In this document: positions 13,612 through 27,757 of the stretch, piece by piece
Layout of the letters: each line of letters opens with the position of its first letter
Numbering within the stretch: the stretch's first letter is position 1
DNA from: Octopus bimaculoides
Taxonomy: Eukaryota
Direction of reading: 5' to 3'
Assembly (NCBI RefSeq): GCF_001194135.2
Contig: NC_068992.1
Location: forward strand, 935,951-999,751
Length of the DNA: 63,801 nt
Notes under the pieces: generated by a model
What the model saw: the letters and a program-made list of their open reading frames with translations, nothing else
Database searches by the model: none
What the model was told of the DNA's origin: nothing
Program-made: the position numbers and the translations under genes

Positions 13612-16029
13612 GTAGAGAGAGAGAGAGAGAGAGAGAAAGTGAGAGAGTGAGAGAGAGAGAAGGGGAACAGAGAGAAATAATGTGGGTATAAGGATGTGCA
13701 GAAGTGAATCTTGTGCCCCTTCGAAGCTTCTGCTTAGTATCACTAGCCTAGTAATACTGATATATGATTGTTATGTACTTAATCAATGTATCTCCGTGAA
13801 ACCCCTGTTACCTGGCAGCAGGTGTACCGCAACGCTAACAAGATGAATAACATGCTTTGGTCTGTGCAGGGATTTAGGGGATACACTGTAATTCATTGTG
13901 CTTAATCGTTTTTCACATTCGCTAATCAGCTTTTGAGCCAATTAAGGAGATCTATCGTCGAAGGTATTCCATTCATAACCAATTGTATTTTTAGTGAGCG
14001 TTTGTTTTTGAAATCTATTCTTCATTCATATTCATGTGTAATGGTGTGTTCTTTGTGTTTGTCTCATGTGTGTTTCTACGAATATGCCAGAAAATTGATT
14101 TAGTGCATTCTTTGTGTTGCCGAGTGCTTGGATGATTGAATACATATTGAAGCAGGTTCTGTAAAGATTCTATACACATTCTTTACTGCTTTCATTTATA
14201 ATCCTACCAAAACCACCACAAACACCATCTCCAGTAGCACCGGTGTTAAAATCATACACTAGAGCTCCAATGAATGTTTATAGGTCGTTTAACCTGAAAA
14301 ATTTGCAGCGATATTTAACATTCGGTTAATAGCTTTGCACCATTATCTCATCTTAACTTGAATTACTAAATATATTATATTTAATAGAAAATAATAGTAA
14401 AAGCTTTCACCGGTGTTTGTATTTCTTCTTTTATCAATTTGCTGATTATCATAACCGAAAGAATGAGAGAAGGGGAAAAAACCCTAAAAAACGAAAAACA
14501 CAACGCTGATTATGATATATATCTCTACATGCATCATGGAAAATGGGCATTTTGTAAATAATTCCTTGTGTTTCTTTAAGGATGAAACTCTAGAATATCA
14601 GAAGCAAATTCCTCACATTGCTCTGAGCTATTCCCAACAGCTGGATAAACTGAAGAATGTAGAACAAAGTGTCCAGCTGAGAAACAAAATGAAATGCCTA
14701 TATTGAGTTTGAACTCACAAGTCATGCTTTTTATGTATTTCGGCATTTCTTTCTTATATAGAATTTTACTGCTGCGACCAATGAAAATGAAGAAAACTAT
14801 ACCACCAGAGACACGAAGAAATGCAGCAAAAAGAAAACAAATAAATGAGCGAAAAAAATGGAGAACAGTATATAAAATATTGTAAACAATGAAATTAACT
14901 TTGAAGGAAAATACTGAAGACAGCAAGCAAAAGAAAGCAGAAAACCTCTCCCGCTTTAATTGTATTTATTAGTATTCACGACTGTGAATTGTTGAACGTC
15001 GTACTGAATACAGATTAAGAATTTTCTTAACATATTCTCACAGAATATAATTTACGAGAGAACCTTTATCCATACTGTTTTATACTTACATGTATGTATT
15101 TAGATAATTGAATGAATCTCCAAGGTGCAAAACGGAATATGTTTTGTTATTCAATGTTTCCGAAATAATCATTCTATCTCATTCTTTTGCCAGAAATCCT
15201 GCACATGGTCGCAACATATGAATATTGACAAGAGAACAATACTATAGACGCGACAATACACAAAACACCTACTTTTATATCTCTACTGCAAAGGGAGGTA
15301 TACATAGGCAAACGAGATCAAATCATAGATGGATGCATGATAAAAGAATTCACTTCTTTATGTATTTACATTTTCTCGCAAACTTCTTTTCTAATATTAG
15401 CTTATAGTTCCTCTATAATACACACAATACCATCTGTTGCATGAATATTCTGAAAGACATCTATGAATGTTTCGAAGCCTAATAATTCCCACACTTTATA
15501 GTATTCTGTACGAGTATAAAACTCATCGTTGTTAATGCATGTCTTCTCTAAACGTTACAGTTTGGGGTGAAAGATAAACTCTTTTAAATAATTGTTTTAT
15601 GCAATATCTTCGACACTTCAATGAAACACAGCATTTTGCTTGTTTGTAGATATAGTCTGTCAGTTAGTCGCTCTCTCTCTCTCTTTCTCTCTCAGTCTCT
15701 CCCTTTCTCTCTCAGCCTCTCTCTTTCTCTTTTCCTTTGATATGATGGCGATGGTAACGGTGATGGCGATGATAATGGTGATGAGAATGAAGCAATGAAG
15801 CTGGGATTCTATTCGAAAAGGATATGCCTTTGTTCTGTTTATGTAACTCCCCGAATTAACATACTTTTTCTTGAAGCATATAAAACGGAAATGGTTTCTT
15901 TAACGTTAAGATTAGGGAAATGAAAAATATTTGCAGATAAGACGTTAAGCCAACACAGTAACCTTCACAGAGGATCTCTTTCATTATATTTCTTTATTTA
16001 TAGAGAATAAAGGATATAAAATTAATGAC

Positions 16030-16660
16030 TTTACTGATAAGCACAGAAATAGTTTAGCAGCAGAAGTAAATTGATGACCTGTGTCTTCGTGGACATCCAA
16101 TAATCTTGATCAGTTCACACAATTCTTTCAAATGGTACTATCTATATATTTACACTTCATGTCCTCTGCGATCTTCAAGAAAATGCTTATCTCTATTTCA
16201 CGTATCATTTTGTCAATGACAGTCAAATAATCTCTACTGAAAGGAGTTAGTATATCGCATTTACGATGCTCACATTCTTTTCCAATTCACGCATCAATCC
16301 TTTATATTTATATTGAAGCGCGCCACATTAGCCTAACTTATGCTCAGATGTGTTCCATCGGTTTCTCTATTAAGGAAAATATTTGACTTTATCAAGTAGA
16401 AGATGTGATTTCACGAATAACCTACTGCTATTAAATCGAGTAGATGCTATTTGCTTCGCTTTGTCCGCATCAGTGAGTGCGTACAGTTCTGATTTATAAA
16501 TCCTGCAGTAGATATTAAGTAAAAAATTGGGAATGAAATAGTTCAGCAATTGTACATCCAGCGATAATATCCAAACTCCAGTAACATTGGTGGCTAAAAG
16601 TTGTGTATGTTCACCCCTGCTTTATGAGGTAGTATTCGTTCGTATGGATAGATGAAACGT
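16030..16660 (-). mobile_element. Possible very old Helitron helicase remnant
   Basis: Only faint, stop-riddled similarity to PIF1-type Helitron helicase motifs, judged by eye. Confidence 0.25.
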
Positions 16661-16947
16661 AAGCGAAATTCTTGTGAGACTTAAAATGGAAACGTTAAGA
16701 GACAATATTAAATAAAAGTTCACATCAAGTTCATTTCTTTCGTATTTCTGCCGTCTAGATATCTATTGATTTGACAGGGAAATATTGATATGCGATTCGA
16801 ATCTTAAGAAATGTGAGTTCGAATTTTTTTCTACAGTTAAAAGTTCTATTGTTCCATGATCGAGACTAAGGGGATATACATTTCGTCATCACCACCACCA
16901 CCACTACCACCATCGTTTTCCTTTTCATTCTTTCTTTCGTTCTTTTT

Positions 16948-16979
<32 letters not shown>

Positions 16980-16984
16980 ATTAT

Positions 16985-17301
16985 AAAGGCGACAAGCTGG
17001 TTGAATTTATAGCACGTCGCTTAAAGGGCTCACCAGCACCGTGTTGGTCTTTACGTTACGTTCTGAGTTCAAATTCCGCCGAGGTCGACCTTGCCCTTCC
17101 TCATTTCAGAGTCGATAACATAAGTACCAGTTGAGTGTTGTGATCGATATAATCCACGAGTTCCACCCCAACACAATTTCCGGTTTGTGCCTACAGTAGA
17201 AAGGATTTGTATTAAAGCGGCAATCTGGCGTAAACTTTACAGTGTTGAATGAAATGCTCAATGGTGTTTTGTCCGGCTCTGTACGCCCCGAGTTCAAATT
17301 T
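16985..17301 (+). mobile_element. SINE family A followed directly by a second partial head (17213-17301)
   Basis: gttctgagttcaaattccgccgaggtcgacc...; the second head is taaagcggcaatctggcg...gagttcaaatt. Confidence 0.8.
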
Positions 17302-18554
17302 AGTGTTGCGAAATCTGAGTCATTTGCTATAAAACACTAGGGGTTGTACACAGTTCAATGCATCCTAGTAGCAGAGGTACAACGTGGCAACAAACACCAA
17401 ATTTGCGCATGCTATTCGAAGACCTTGATATGGACAAAGCTTTCACTAACACTTTGCTCTAATGTTTGGAACGAATCGTACCCAGGATACCGCAATTATC
17501 TGCAAGAGAGGCGGGAAAATGCGAAAAGCCGATAATAGCGGAAATACGGGAAGTGATATTTGGCAGCATAGGGGGAGCATTACTCAGTTTGGGTGGACTG
17601 TGTTATGAACTTTACTTTTTTATGTAAGTCTTGTTCTAGAATCGCAAACATAAACGATGGTTATCGATAGCTACTCACTGATCTGCTTTCATGACGAATA
17701 CTAAAATATGTCAACTAACATAAAAAGAAGCTATTTAAAGCACGCTACGTTGGTCGCACAAATACAATATAATTCGACATAATCGCATGTAAATTTCAAG
17801 CAGACCGTCACACATGCACTAGAAATCTTTTGTAAAAATGATAAAATGAGCAAGAAAACAAAACAGAATAATTTGCATATCATATAAATTTTAAACTAAA
17901 TTGATCGTTTTTGTCGCAGCAGGTAGAAGAATATTTGACATTTAAAATTATTAAATCTCTCTCACTCTCCCTCAATTTTTCTCTCTCTCTTACTCTTACT
18001 CTTTCTCTCTTTCTCTGCCCCAATTGCTGTATACTCCCCATCCCATTCATATTTACTCCCTCTGTGAGTGGAGGCGAAGAATATAATTGAAAACGGAGGA
18101 AATTTACTACTTGTAATAACAAAACAAATTGATTATCTCGTAACCAATGGTGATGCAAAAAAGACAGCTACAACTGAAAACGAAAAACGAAAATTATGAA
18201 AAAAAATATCGTTTGCAGTTGTGTAAAAACTTGTGCAATGGAAACGATTTGCCCATTTTATATCCAGAATATTCTATAAAATTTATAATTCACAAAACAG
18301 GTGAATTCTCTGAGCAGCGTTCCAAATACTCAGACGATTCCTAAAGTAATCCCGGAATATATTACTGAAAATTGTTTAGAAGAATACCGGAAAAACCCTA
18401 GCATACCAGATCATTTAATTAAAATTGTGAGATAATGCAATTTTCTTCTTTCAGACAAAATTTTCAACCGAAATCTAAGGCTTTTTGACATATATAAATA
18501 CATACATAGAGACATTTACATATGTATATATACATACATGCATACATACACACA

Positions 18555-18640
<86 letters not shown>

Positions 18641-18719
18641 NNNNNNNNNNNNNNNNNNNNNNNNNNNNNNNNNNNNNNNNNNNNNNNNNNNNNNNNNNNN
18701 NNNNNNNNNNNNNNNNNNN

Positions 18720-18768
<49 letters not shown>

Positions 18769-19199
18769 ATGTATATATATTCACACACACACACACACAC
18801 ATATATATGCATGCATGTATATATATATATGTATATGTATGTATATCAGGTGTCTATATGAGTAAAAAAAAATTACAAAGAGAATATATATCTTTGTGTG
18901 TGTCAGTGTGTGTCCATATAGACATAGTCTCGTATACACATGCACGTATATATTTATAGTCATTGCCATAATGGGAACAAAAGATTGAAAGTAAATTTGC
19001 ATAAAACAATTCACAGAAATAGAAAAATGATCAACATATATCAGACTTACCTTCGCTTAAAAGCAGTTATTAAATAGCAAAACCAGGAAAATAGAAAAAA
19101 AAACTGAAGGAGAGTCTAATCTTGTAAGTTATCATTTGAAATATTTTTTCATACTTCGACAATAGATGTGGTAAAGATCTTAGTGGAAGATTTCTTTAA

Positions 19200-19241
<42 letters not shown>

Positions 19242-20991
19242 CGTTTGTTTAAATATTGAAAATATTTAAATGCTAAATGTTACACAGAATTCAAATTAGT
19301 AGTTTTATTACAAAATGTGTATTCTAAATGAATGCACTTTATATTAGTATAGATTTTCTAACAAGAGAATATTCTAAAATACTTTCACAGTTACTGCTGC
19401 AAGGTCAAGGCAATCGTCCTTCACTGTGTCATGTTCTTAAACTTTAATGTTCTCACACATTTTTCACACACGCAATTATAAACAAGTATAAAGGAATAGA
19501 ACCTAAATAAAACTGAAATTACACTTTAATTACATATGGCTATCGAAGTAGAATGATACATTACGTAAACTGAAATGACCTCTCAATATTGCTTATATAC
19601 TGAAATGAAACCGCTTTGAATTTCATATGAAAATAAAGCATAAAATTTGAATATAGATCTTGCCTCGTCTTATTAGCCGTATGTAAAACTGATGTGTGCC
19701 ACTACATTAATATCATATTGAATATCTCATCAATCGAGGCTACAATAATATAACTGGGTAAATACTTTATATGTTTTTTTCCATGACCTATATAGAAAAG
19801 TGTACTATACAAAACTAGTTTAAAAATCTAAAAAATCCAAGGGAGAATTTATAATACATAAAATCTATGAAATATTGAACTAAGAATTAAAATTGGTTAC
19901 GTTTAAGAAACGAAAGTGGGAGAAAGACGACGCGCGTTTCATGGCCACATAACAGTGGGAAATATCTGGTCAATCTACAATGAATCGAACAAGATAAATA
20001 CCACCCAATATGAGGACACTCTTCAAGTCCGGTAACTTCAAAAAACGTATCTTAAATTTTAAAATGCATAAAATAAGACAAGTATAAAAATTTGTTCGTT
20101 TAAGCAACGTTTAGTACAAGGAAATTGTACTAAACTCCCGAAATATGCCATTTACGCCCGTTCCCCTTTTTTCATCTTCGGTTTCGTATCTCGGATACGA
20201 AACGTGATGACAAGAATTAGTACTGGCTATAATTTGTATCGAATATCAGCAGGGATAACTTTATCAACTTTTATAAAGTTATATAAATTATTGACTTGAG
20301 CATAAAGACACGGTGATATCTGTACTCTGTTTTCTCCCTCCCTAATTCTTCTCTAATTTTGTCCCCATTTTATTGACTTTTCATTGTTTTAAGCACTTCC
20401 TTGATCTTCATTGTTTACTCTATTTCAAATCGGATTAGGTATATAGTTCAGATACTCAAAATGTCTCCTTTATCCCTTATGTGTTTATGAGTCCTCCTTT
20501 ATTGTTATTATATAGACTGAATTATCATAGTGCAATTTATATAGAACTGGTATCGCCCAAACCAGATTCTTAAAAACATCACCGCATGCTTTCACTAGGT
20601 GGCAACTTTAAAATAGGAATAAGTGACTAATATGCCAGCGAGATACATTAACATTCCACGAATTACAAGACTGGCGAAAATACCATTGGGGTGGCCAGCA
20701 TATTCTCTCGGTAATGGCTGATAATAGCAACTACAATGATTAGACATATTGAAAAATGTGGATACATGATAGGATCGTCACGCCGCAACGATTTTGGTCG
20801 TAGATCTGTTCCATCAAGATAAACTAAAAGAAAGCAAACTAACGTCTAGCACACACATCCATCGTAACATTATGTGCAAAGATAAAACATCCCCAAAACT
20901 GAATATTTTAATAATGGGTGACATATAGTATGACGTCTATATGGAATCACACACACGCATATAGCAAGTGTATGCACATGTACATACAACT

Positions 20992-21059
<68 letters not shown>

Positions 21060-22136
21060 TCACACATATATATATATGTAAACACATGCACACACAAACA
21101 CACACACTCAAGTCTACTCACACACACACATGCACACACACGTACACTCACATATAAATAGTTTATTGTTTTATCCGTTATCACAAACTACTGAAGTACA
21201 CTTATTGATTTCTCTTTTTAATTTAAAGATATTTTCTTGTGGAATTATTGACTACTGGACACTCGCTACAGAGGAGATCTTCGGGTTAGATTAAATACTT
21301 TGATGTTATTTTTAACATCTTCTAAGAGTCTGTTTTATAGACATTGTATATGATTGCTATCACTTGAAGGTTCCAATACAGAAAAATATACCCTTTACGC
21401 TTTATACAATGCCGCTAAGGATGTTTATAGTCGATACTACTCTTCTTATTTTTATGTTATACTTTAACGGTTTGTGTTTAACGCCATCTATCATATTTAC
21501 CATGGATTAGATATACACTATTAGTAGCTCTTATCTTCAAAATAACTGAATTTACTTTGAAGATACTTTGTCCCTCCAGACATTAATCATTTCAGTCCAC
21601 TATGTTTTCCCTGTAGTTTTCTTAACTCCTTATGTGACAGTTTCAATCCTCGTGTAAAGCTGCTGTTTGCAGTAAACAGAGTTTAGTCTGTAAAAAACCC
21701 GCCAAAGCAGGATTTAGTCTTTAAACGATGAGACCATTGACTATGAAAATTGTGAGTTGTGTTCATGACACATGTTCTTATGGTTGTGTGACACACCAAA
21801 ATTAAACATGACATGTACCTTATATTATCTGCCACACTTCAAAACATGTAAAATTTTATTTTGAATTCTTGTTGCTCCGTATATTATTTCTCAGGAAATA
21901 GCATTAGAGACGTTTATTTTTAAAAATACTATTTAAAGATTTTTATCACAAAACCAAATTAGAAAAAATGTTAAAGTATTAGCATTATTCCTCATCAATT
22001 CAAAATTGAAAATTTAACGCATTGTCATAAAATATTCAAGCTTCTTTATAAGATATTCATGTATACCATATATTTTGCAATTACATGTTATTAACAGTTA
22101 AATAACGGTTAACTGAAACCGTTTTCTGAGATATGA

Positions 22137-22223
<87 letters not shown>

Positions 22224-22687
22224 TCAATCACTCACAATCTCACACGCGCACATATAGAATTATCACAGAACCAAATACTGTTATTTCCAATGCGTTTACT
22301 AAATATGCTTCTTATGTAGGTTTACTCTCAACGGTCGATTACAAGCAAAATATATTCGTGGAATCATACTCGCTCCATTTATCGTGGACAGGACGGGGAA
22401 AGTAGCAGAAATCCATGGAAGGCACCATACCAATTAAGAGAAAAAAAGGAAATTTTAAAAGGTTAAAATTAAATAAGTTACATTGAAAATTCCTGTGAAT
22501 GACAGCCAAAGAGATGAACTGTGCAATATACTGTCTGACAAGCGGCGACTGCACCTGCTCACCGTGAAGGAAGGGTTGAAAATGTGGCCTCATGCACATA
22601 CATAACAGAGGCGACGTAAATATTCACTACCTCCACCCGACCTTCAACAGATAGCATTTCTCTCCATTCATTTCTGGCTGAGATTTT

Positions 22688-22761
22688 CCGGCAGAACTTG
22701 AATTCAGAACGTAAATACAAACAAAATTCGTGCTAATGTCTCTGCCAGCTCACCACCTTAA
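22688..22761 (-). mobile_element. SINE family A, head only
   Basis: cggcagaacttgaattcagaacgtaaa...gtgctaatgtctctgccagctccaccacctta. Confidence 0.7.
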
Positions 22762-22790
22762 ATTGATTCATAATATTATAATAGGTTTTG

Positions 22791-23010
22791 GGGCTGCTAG
22801 CTCCCAGAACTGTTGGCACGCCGACAAAATGCGTAGTAGCATTTCATCCGTTTGTGCGTTCTGAATTCCAATTTCGCCGAGGTGGACTTTGCCTTCTATC
22901 CTTTCGGTTTCCATACAATAAGTACCAGTGAAGCCCAGCGGTCGATGTAATCAGCATACCCCTACTCTCAGAAATTGTTGACCTTGTGTCAAAATTTGAA
23001 ACCAATATTA
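22791..23010 (+). mobile_element. SINE family A
   Basis: ggcacgccgacaaaatgcg...gccgaggtggactttgcc...taagtaccag...aaatttgaaaccaatatta. Confidence 0.85.
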
Positions 23011-25193
23011 GAAAAGATTTATGATAATTGTATTAACATACCAACTTCTAGCAGCACATAAACCTACCACGTCAGCTCTCTCCATGACAGGCATATCGCC
23101 ACTCCAACATGCACTCGATCTGTTTGTCAGCTTTAAACATAGTATTTAGGAATTGCGATTGTTGAATGGTCTGATATATGCTTAAATACAGCAGCACATT
23201 TCACACACTTCTAGCATCACATATCAGCTGCAAGCATTGACCACAACCACCTCAATTGACCTATTTGTAATTTATAGGAGACGGGATATGAGGGACACGC
23301 ACCTTTACCATATAAGCACGGTGCACTATGGAAACTTAACTCGATTGCCGATGCTCTACCAATTCGATCATATTGTTTCAGTAAAAGATATGAGAAATGC
23401 TTGCCAGATCGAATGATATTACTAAACAGTATATACATTCAGAACTTAGAAAATATCAGCGTTTATTCAATCATTAGTTTTACTTTTAAAGAAACATCTG
23501 AAACAATCTATAATTCCTTAGATGAGAAACAAAAATAAATAAAAGTGCATTTGTCGGAAATTGAATATCTTAATGTTGTAGGGAATATCGCTTACACAAC
23601 ATCAACTCATATGTGATATTACTTCTGTGTCAATGCATTCATAATGTATGGACGTATTATACGTTTTCCAATCTTACAACAAGTACACGCAATCAAATCA
23701 ATTCTTAAGAAGAAATTTCTCAATAAATCGCATACTTCTATGAAGTCTGCCGAAATCAATAAGATGTGATGAAATTGAGCTTGTCGTGCCATATTGAGGT
23801 TTGGTTGAGAATTACGGCGGATAGTCTTCGCAACAAAACTATATTACCATAGTTACATCTGCTGTGTTGTATTTCATAATTGATTCGCGTTACTTAACCG
23901 AAAAGGATATTACATATTGGTTCATCCAATAACGAGTCAGTGATATTCTTGAGTTCAAACGACAAGGATTTATTGAAACAAATGTAATTGGATAGCTTTG
24001 CAATATTTTGGAGAATTCTTTTAAAATTTAGCAAGGAGTTTTCCTCGCGTGGCTCTGCAGTTAAAACAACATTCTTCATCGCATTTCTTGATGTTCAAAT
24101 TTTCTTGATATTAACGTTTATCATTGTTTTTTGATTATTTGCATTGACCTACATTACAATTCATCCTTGTACTCCATAATATATCCTAACGTCGTTATAA
24201 CATTCATTCAAGTTGCCACAGCAGTGATTTTGATTCAACATAACTTTGAAAAGCAACGCAAAGTATAACAGATCAATGAATAAACGACGAGCAACCAGAG
24301 ACGATTATAATCTTTCAGTGCCCAATATTCCTTGAAATAGCATGAACTTCAAATGTAACGTTCTTCTCTTCAAAACTTATAAATATACGTCTGTTTCAAA
24401 TTCAAAGGTGTATATGGTACACAACTAATCAACTGAACAAATAGGCTGAGACCTAAGTCAATTATTCAGTCAGGGCTCTCAATCTAGGTGATAACACTAT
24501 ATTGAAATGCAGTGGGGGATTACATGTTGTACAGAGAAAATGAATGAGTATTTTTTTTCTTTTTGCGGTTGGCTAGAGTAGGAGTAACCAAACGAAACGC
24601 GGCCCTAAAACAGATGAAGGAGGATCAGGAGAAATTAATAACCTCCTATCCTACTGATCTATTTTATTACCTTTCTTCTTACAGGTTGCTTAATTATAAA
24701 CACCTATTTACGATAACTTTGAAGGGGTACATAGACTTTCGGCGAGATTAAGAAATCAGTCAGTCTATTGCGTTTTGTGGACTTCAGAAGTGTTCGTTTC
24801 GGCATGGACTGTCGTGTAACGATTCGACAGCGCATGGAGATAAACCACTTGTTCATGTCAAGGTAACGCCATGAGGGAAAAATTGTTTAATTGAAATCGA
24901 TAAAATAATTGTAAACAAAGTAACAAATGCGACTTGGCAACTTTGTCTTTATAACTATACTTCACGAAGGTTTTGTGGGTTTTCGGATCATCAGTGCCGT
25001 GGTGTCCTGGGAGGACTCCCTACCTTTCGACTCTCAGATAGCCACCATCCGAAAAAGAAGTGCATGAGGCAAACACCTGGATAATGTACCCCAATGCGAG
25101 TGATATGGGCGTGTGTGCGTGTGTGTGTGTCTGTCTGTCTGTACTCATATCTGTGCATACGTGCATATACACAATACCTTCATACAATCATAG

Positions 25194-25295
25194 AGTGAAG
25201 TACAGAGTAGAGAGGATTATTCTTCATGCGCCAATCCGAAGTCTCTGGATGTTCGAAACAAAAAACCCATTGATGCGGAATGGAGAAATCTAAAA
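25194..25295 (+). CDS. Candidate orphan internal exon (SEVQSREDYSSCANPKSLDVRNKKPIDAEWRNLK)
   Basis: catag|...aaa|gtaagt, 102 nt, open in phase 0-0, higher GC than its flanks. The polypyrimidine tract is weak and I recognise no homology. Confidence 0.2.
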
Positions 25296-26193
25296 GTAAG
25301 TTAGGAGCACAGCTAGAAATTCCTGAAACCAAAGCGAAAAACTCAATAGTTACTACCAAATAGCACCAGGTTAATAGAGCAGGACTTTATTATTCGTTGT
25401 GCTGTTTAAGCATTCTAATACTGACACTCATATCTTGCTTTCGTATTCTTAAATAATAATAGATACAATAGCGGAAATATTTTCCACAGTAAAGAATTTA
25501 CCTATAATTGACACACCTTAATTATATGACAGTCTTAAGGGGTAAATATAGGACACTTCGTGGCCTAGAAGTAGCGGGAAAATCACGTTTAGCTCATAAC
25601 TTACAGTCTCGTACGAGGGATTATTGTATTAGTTAATCGGGCGTACTAAATACAGTTGACACGTCATTCATATTTATAATGTGGTTGGTCATAGATCTGC
25701 TAAAGCAATTTGACTTAACATTGAACAACGATGGCAGCATAAACTACTGATCGTTAACTTCCCATCAACGCCGACCCAATTTTAACGCTATTCCAATTTC
25801 AATTTATATTTGATACTATTCCTCTCAGTCAAACCAACTGTGTCGTGCACCACATGCTTTGCTTGCATCTTATTTCCTTTCCACAAAAAGGTTTTTACAT
25901 TTGTTGAATATTACAGTTAAGGAAAAGTCATGTCTAAAATGTTGTTATTAGTTGCTTCATTCTAAAATTCAAATGTTTGCAATATATATAATAACAGTAA
26001 CACGAATGAATGCGAACATAAATAATTTTATTGCTGGAAATAATAGTTGTAAGCAGGTTTTATTATGCAAAATATCTCCCCTATTCAGCTATGAAGGCAC
26101 ATGAATAAAAATGTATCATACAGTGGCATATTTGAGTGTGTGTATACACAGACATATTTGAGTGTGTGTATAATCTCTTTTTCTTTCCTTATA

Positions 26194-26230
<37 letters not shown>

Positions 26231-27051
26231 ACGTGCGTGCCTGCGCGTATGTGCATGTGTGTGAGTGAGTGTGTGAGTGAGTGCTATCAGATCTAGACGT
26301 CATTTCTGTCATGAGATACGATTAAAGGAAATGAAAGATCCATTTCAAAATTCATTCCGGCGAGAGAACATTGATGATTTAATAAAGGTTATTAGTTTCA
26401 ACTGTTACAAATGAATATATTGTTTTAATTTCTTACACACGTCAAATCAAACGAATGAACAAGATATTGATATAAGTGATGGAATTGTTGAAATATAGTG
26501 ACTGCACATTTCGATAGCAATCATATTTATAATTATTTTTCTCCAGCTGAAAGAATAAGTTTACTGCTAATTCAATCTAACTCAGAATGTAATACAGTGA
26601 ATATCTCCCAAACCTCCGGATATGTTTAACAGTTCGACTTCTATCGCATAGCACCAAACATGAAGAATGCAATTTTTCCTTGGAAATCTAGTAGTCTTTC
26701 GTTCTAAGTTTGCTAAAGTGTCATAAGATATATAGACAGATAATCCTGCTGGGTTGCGTAGATTTAGCTCTAATACAAGTATCGAACACCAACCTCAAAT
26801 GATGAAGTGTGGTATTTCCTTAGTCACACGCTAATTTTGATGAATACGTAAATGAGTAGGTACTTGCACATATGTTATAATTAGGAAGGATGCCTTCTAA
26901 ATAGGAAATCATCTTTATTCTTTAGACCACCAAGAAAAGAAAAGAAGAAAAAAACAGAAGGCAAGAACGATTCTAGAAGAATATAAACTCAGACGATGAA
27001 TGGATATAGAAACAGTATTTTATCCTGTCTTGTCATTTCATGCTATTTGAT

Positions 27052-27757
<706 letters not shown>

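Noticed and set aside
14512-14926. ORFs around DETLEYQKQIPHIALSYSQQLDKLK
   Set aside because: There is a slight mariner-like ring (QQLDKL), but no further motifs, TIRs or splice support.
17370-17570. Faint RTE pre-RT similarity (LTLCSNVWNE..P)
   Set aside because: Too decayed to support a call.
23278-23540. Stop-free frame after an AG (ETGYEGHAPLPYKHGALWKLNSIADAL...)
   Set aside because: There is no good donor, and only a faint resemblance to the Gypsy N..ADALSR motif.
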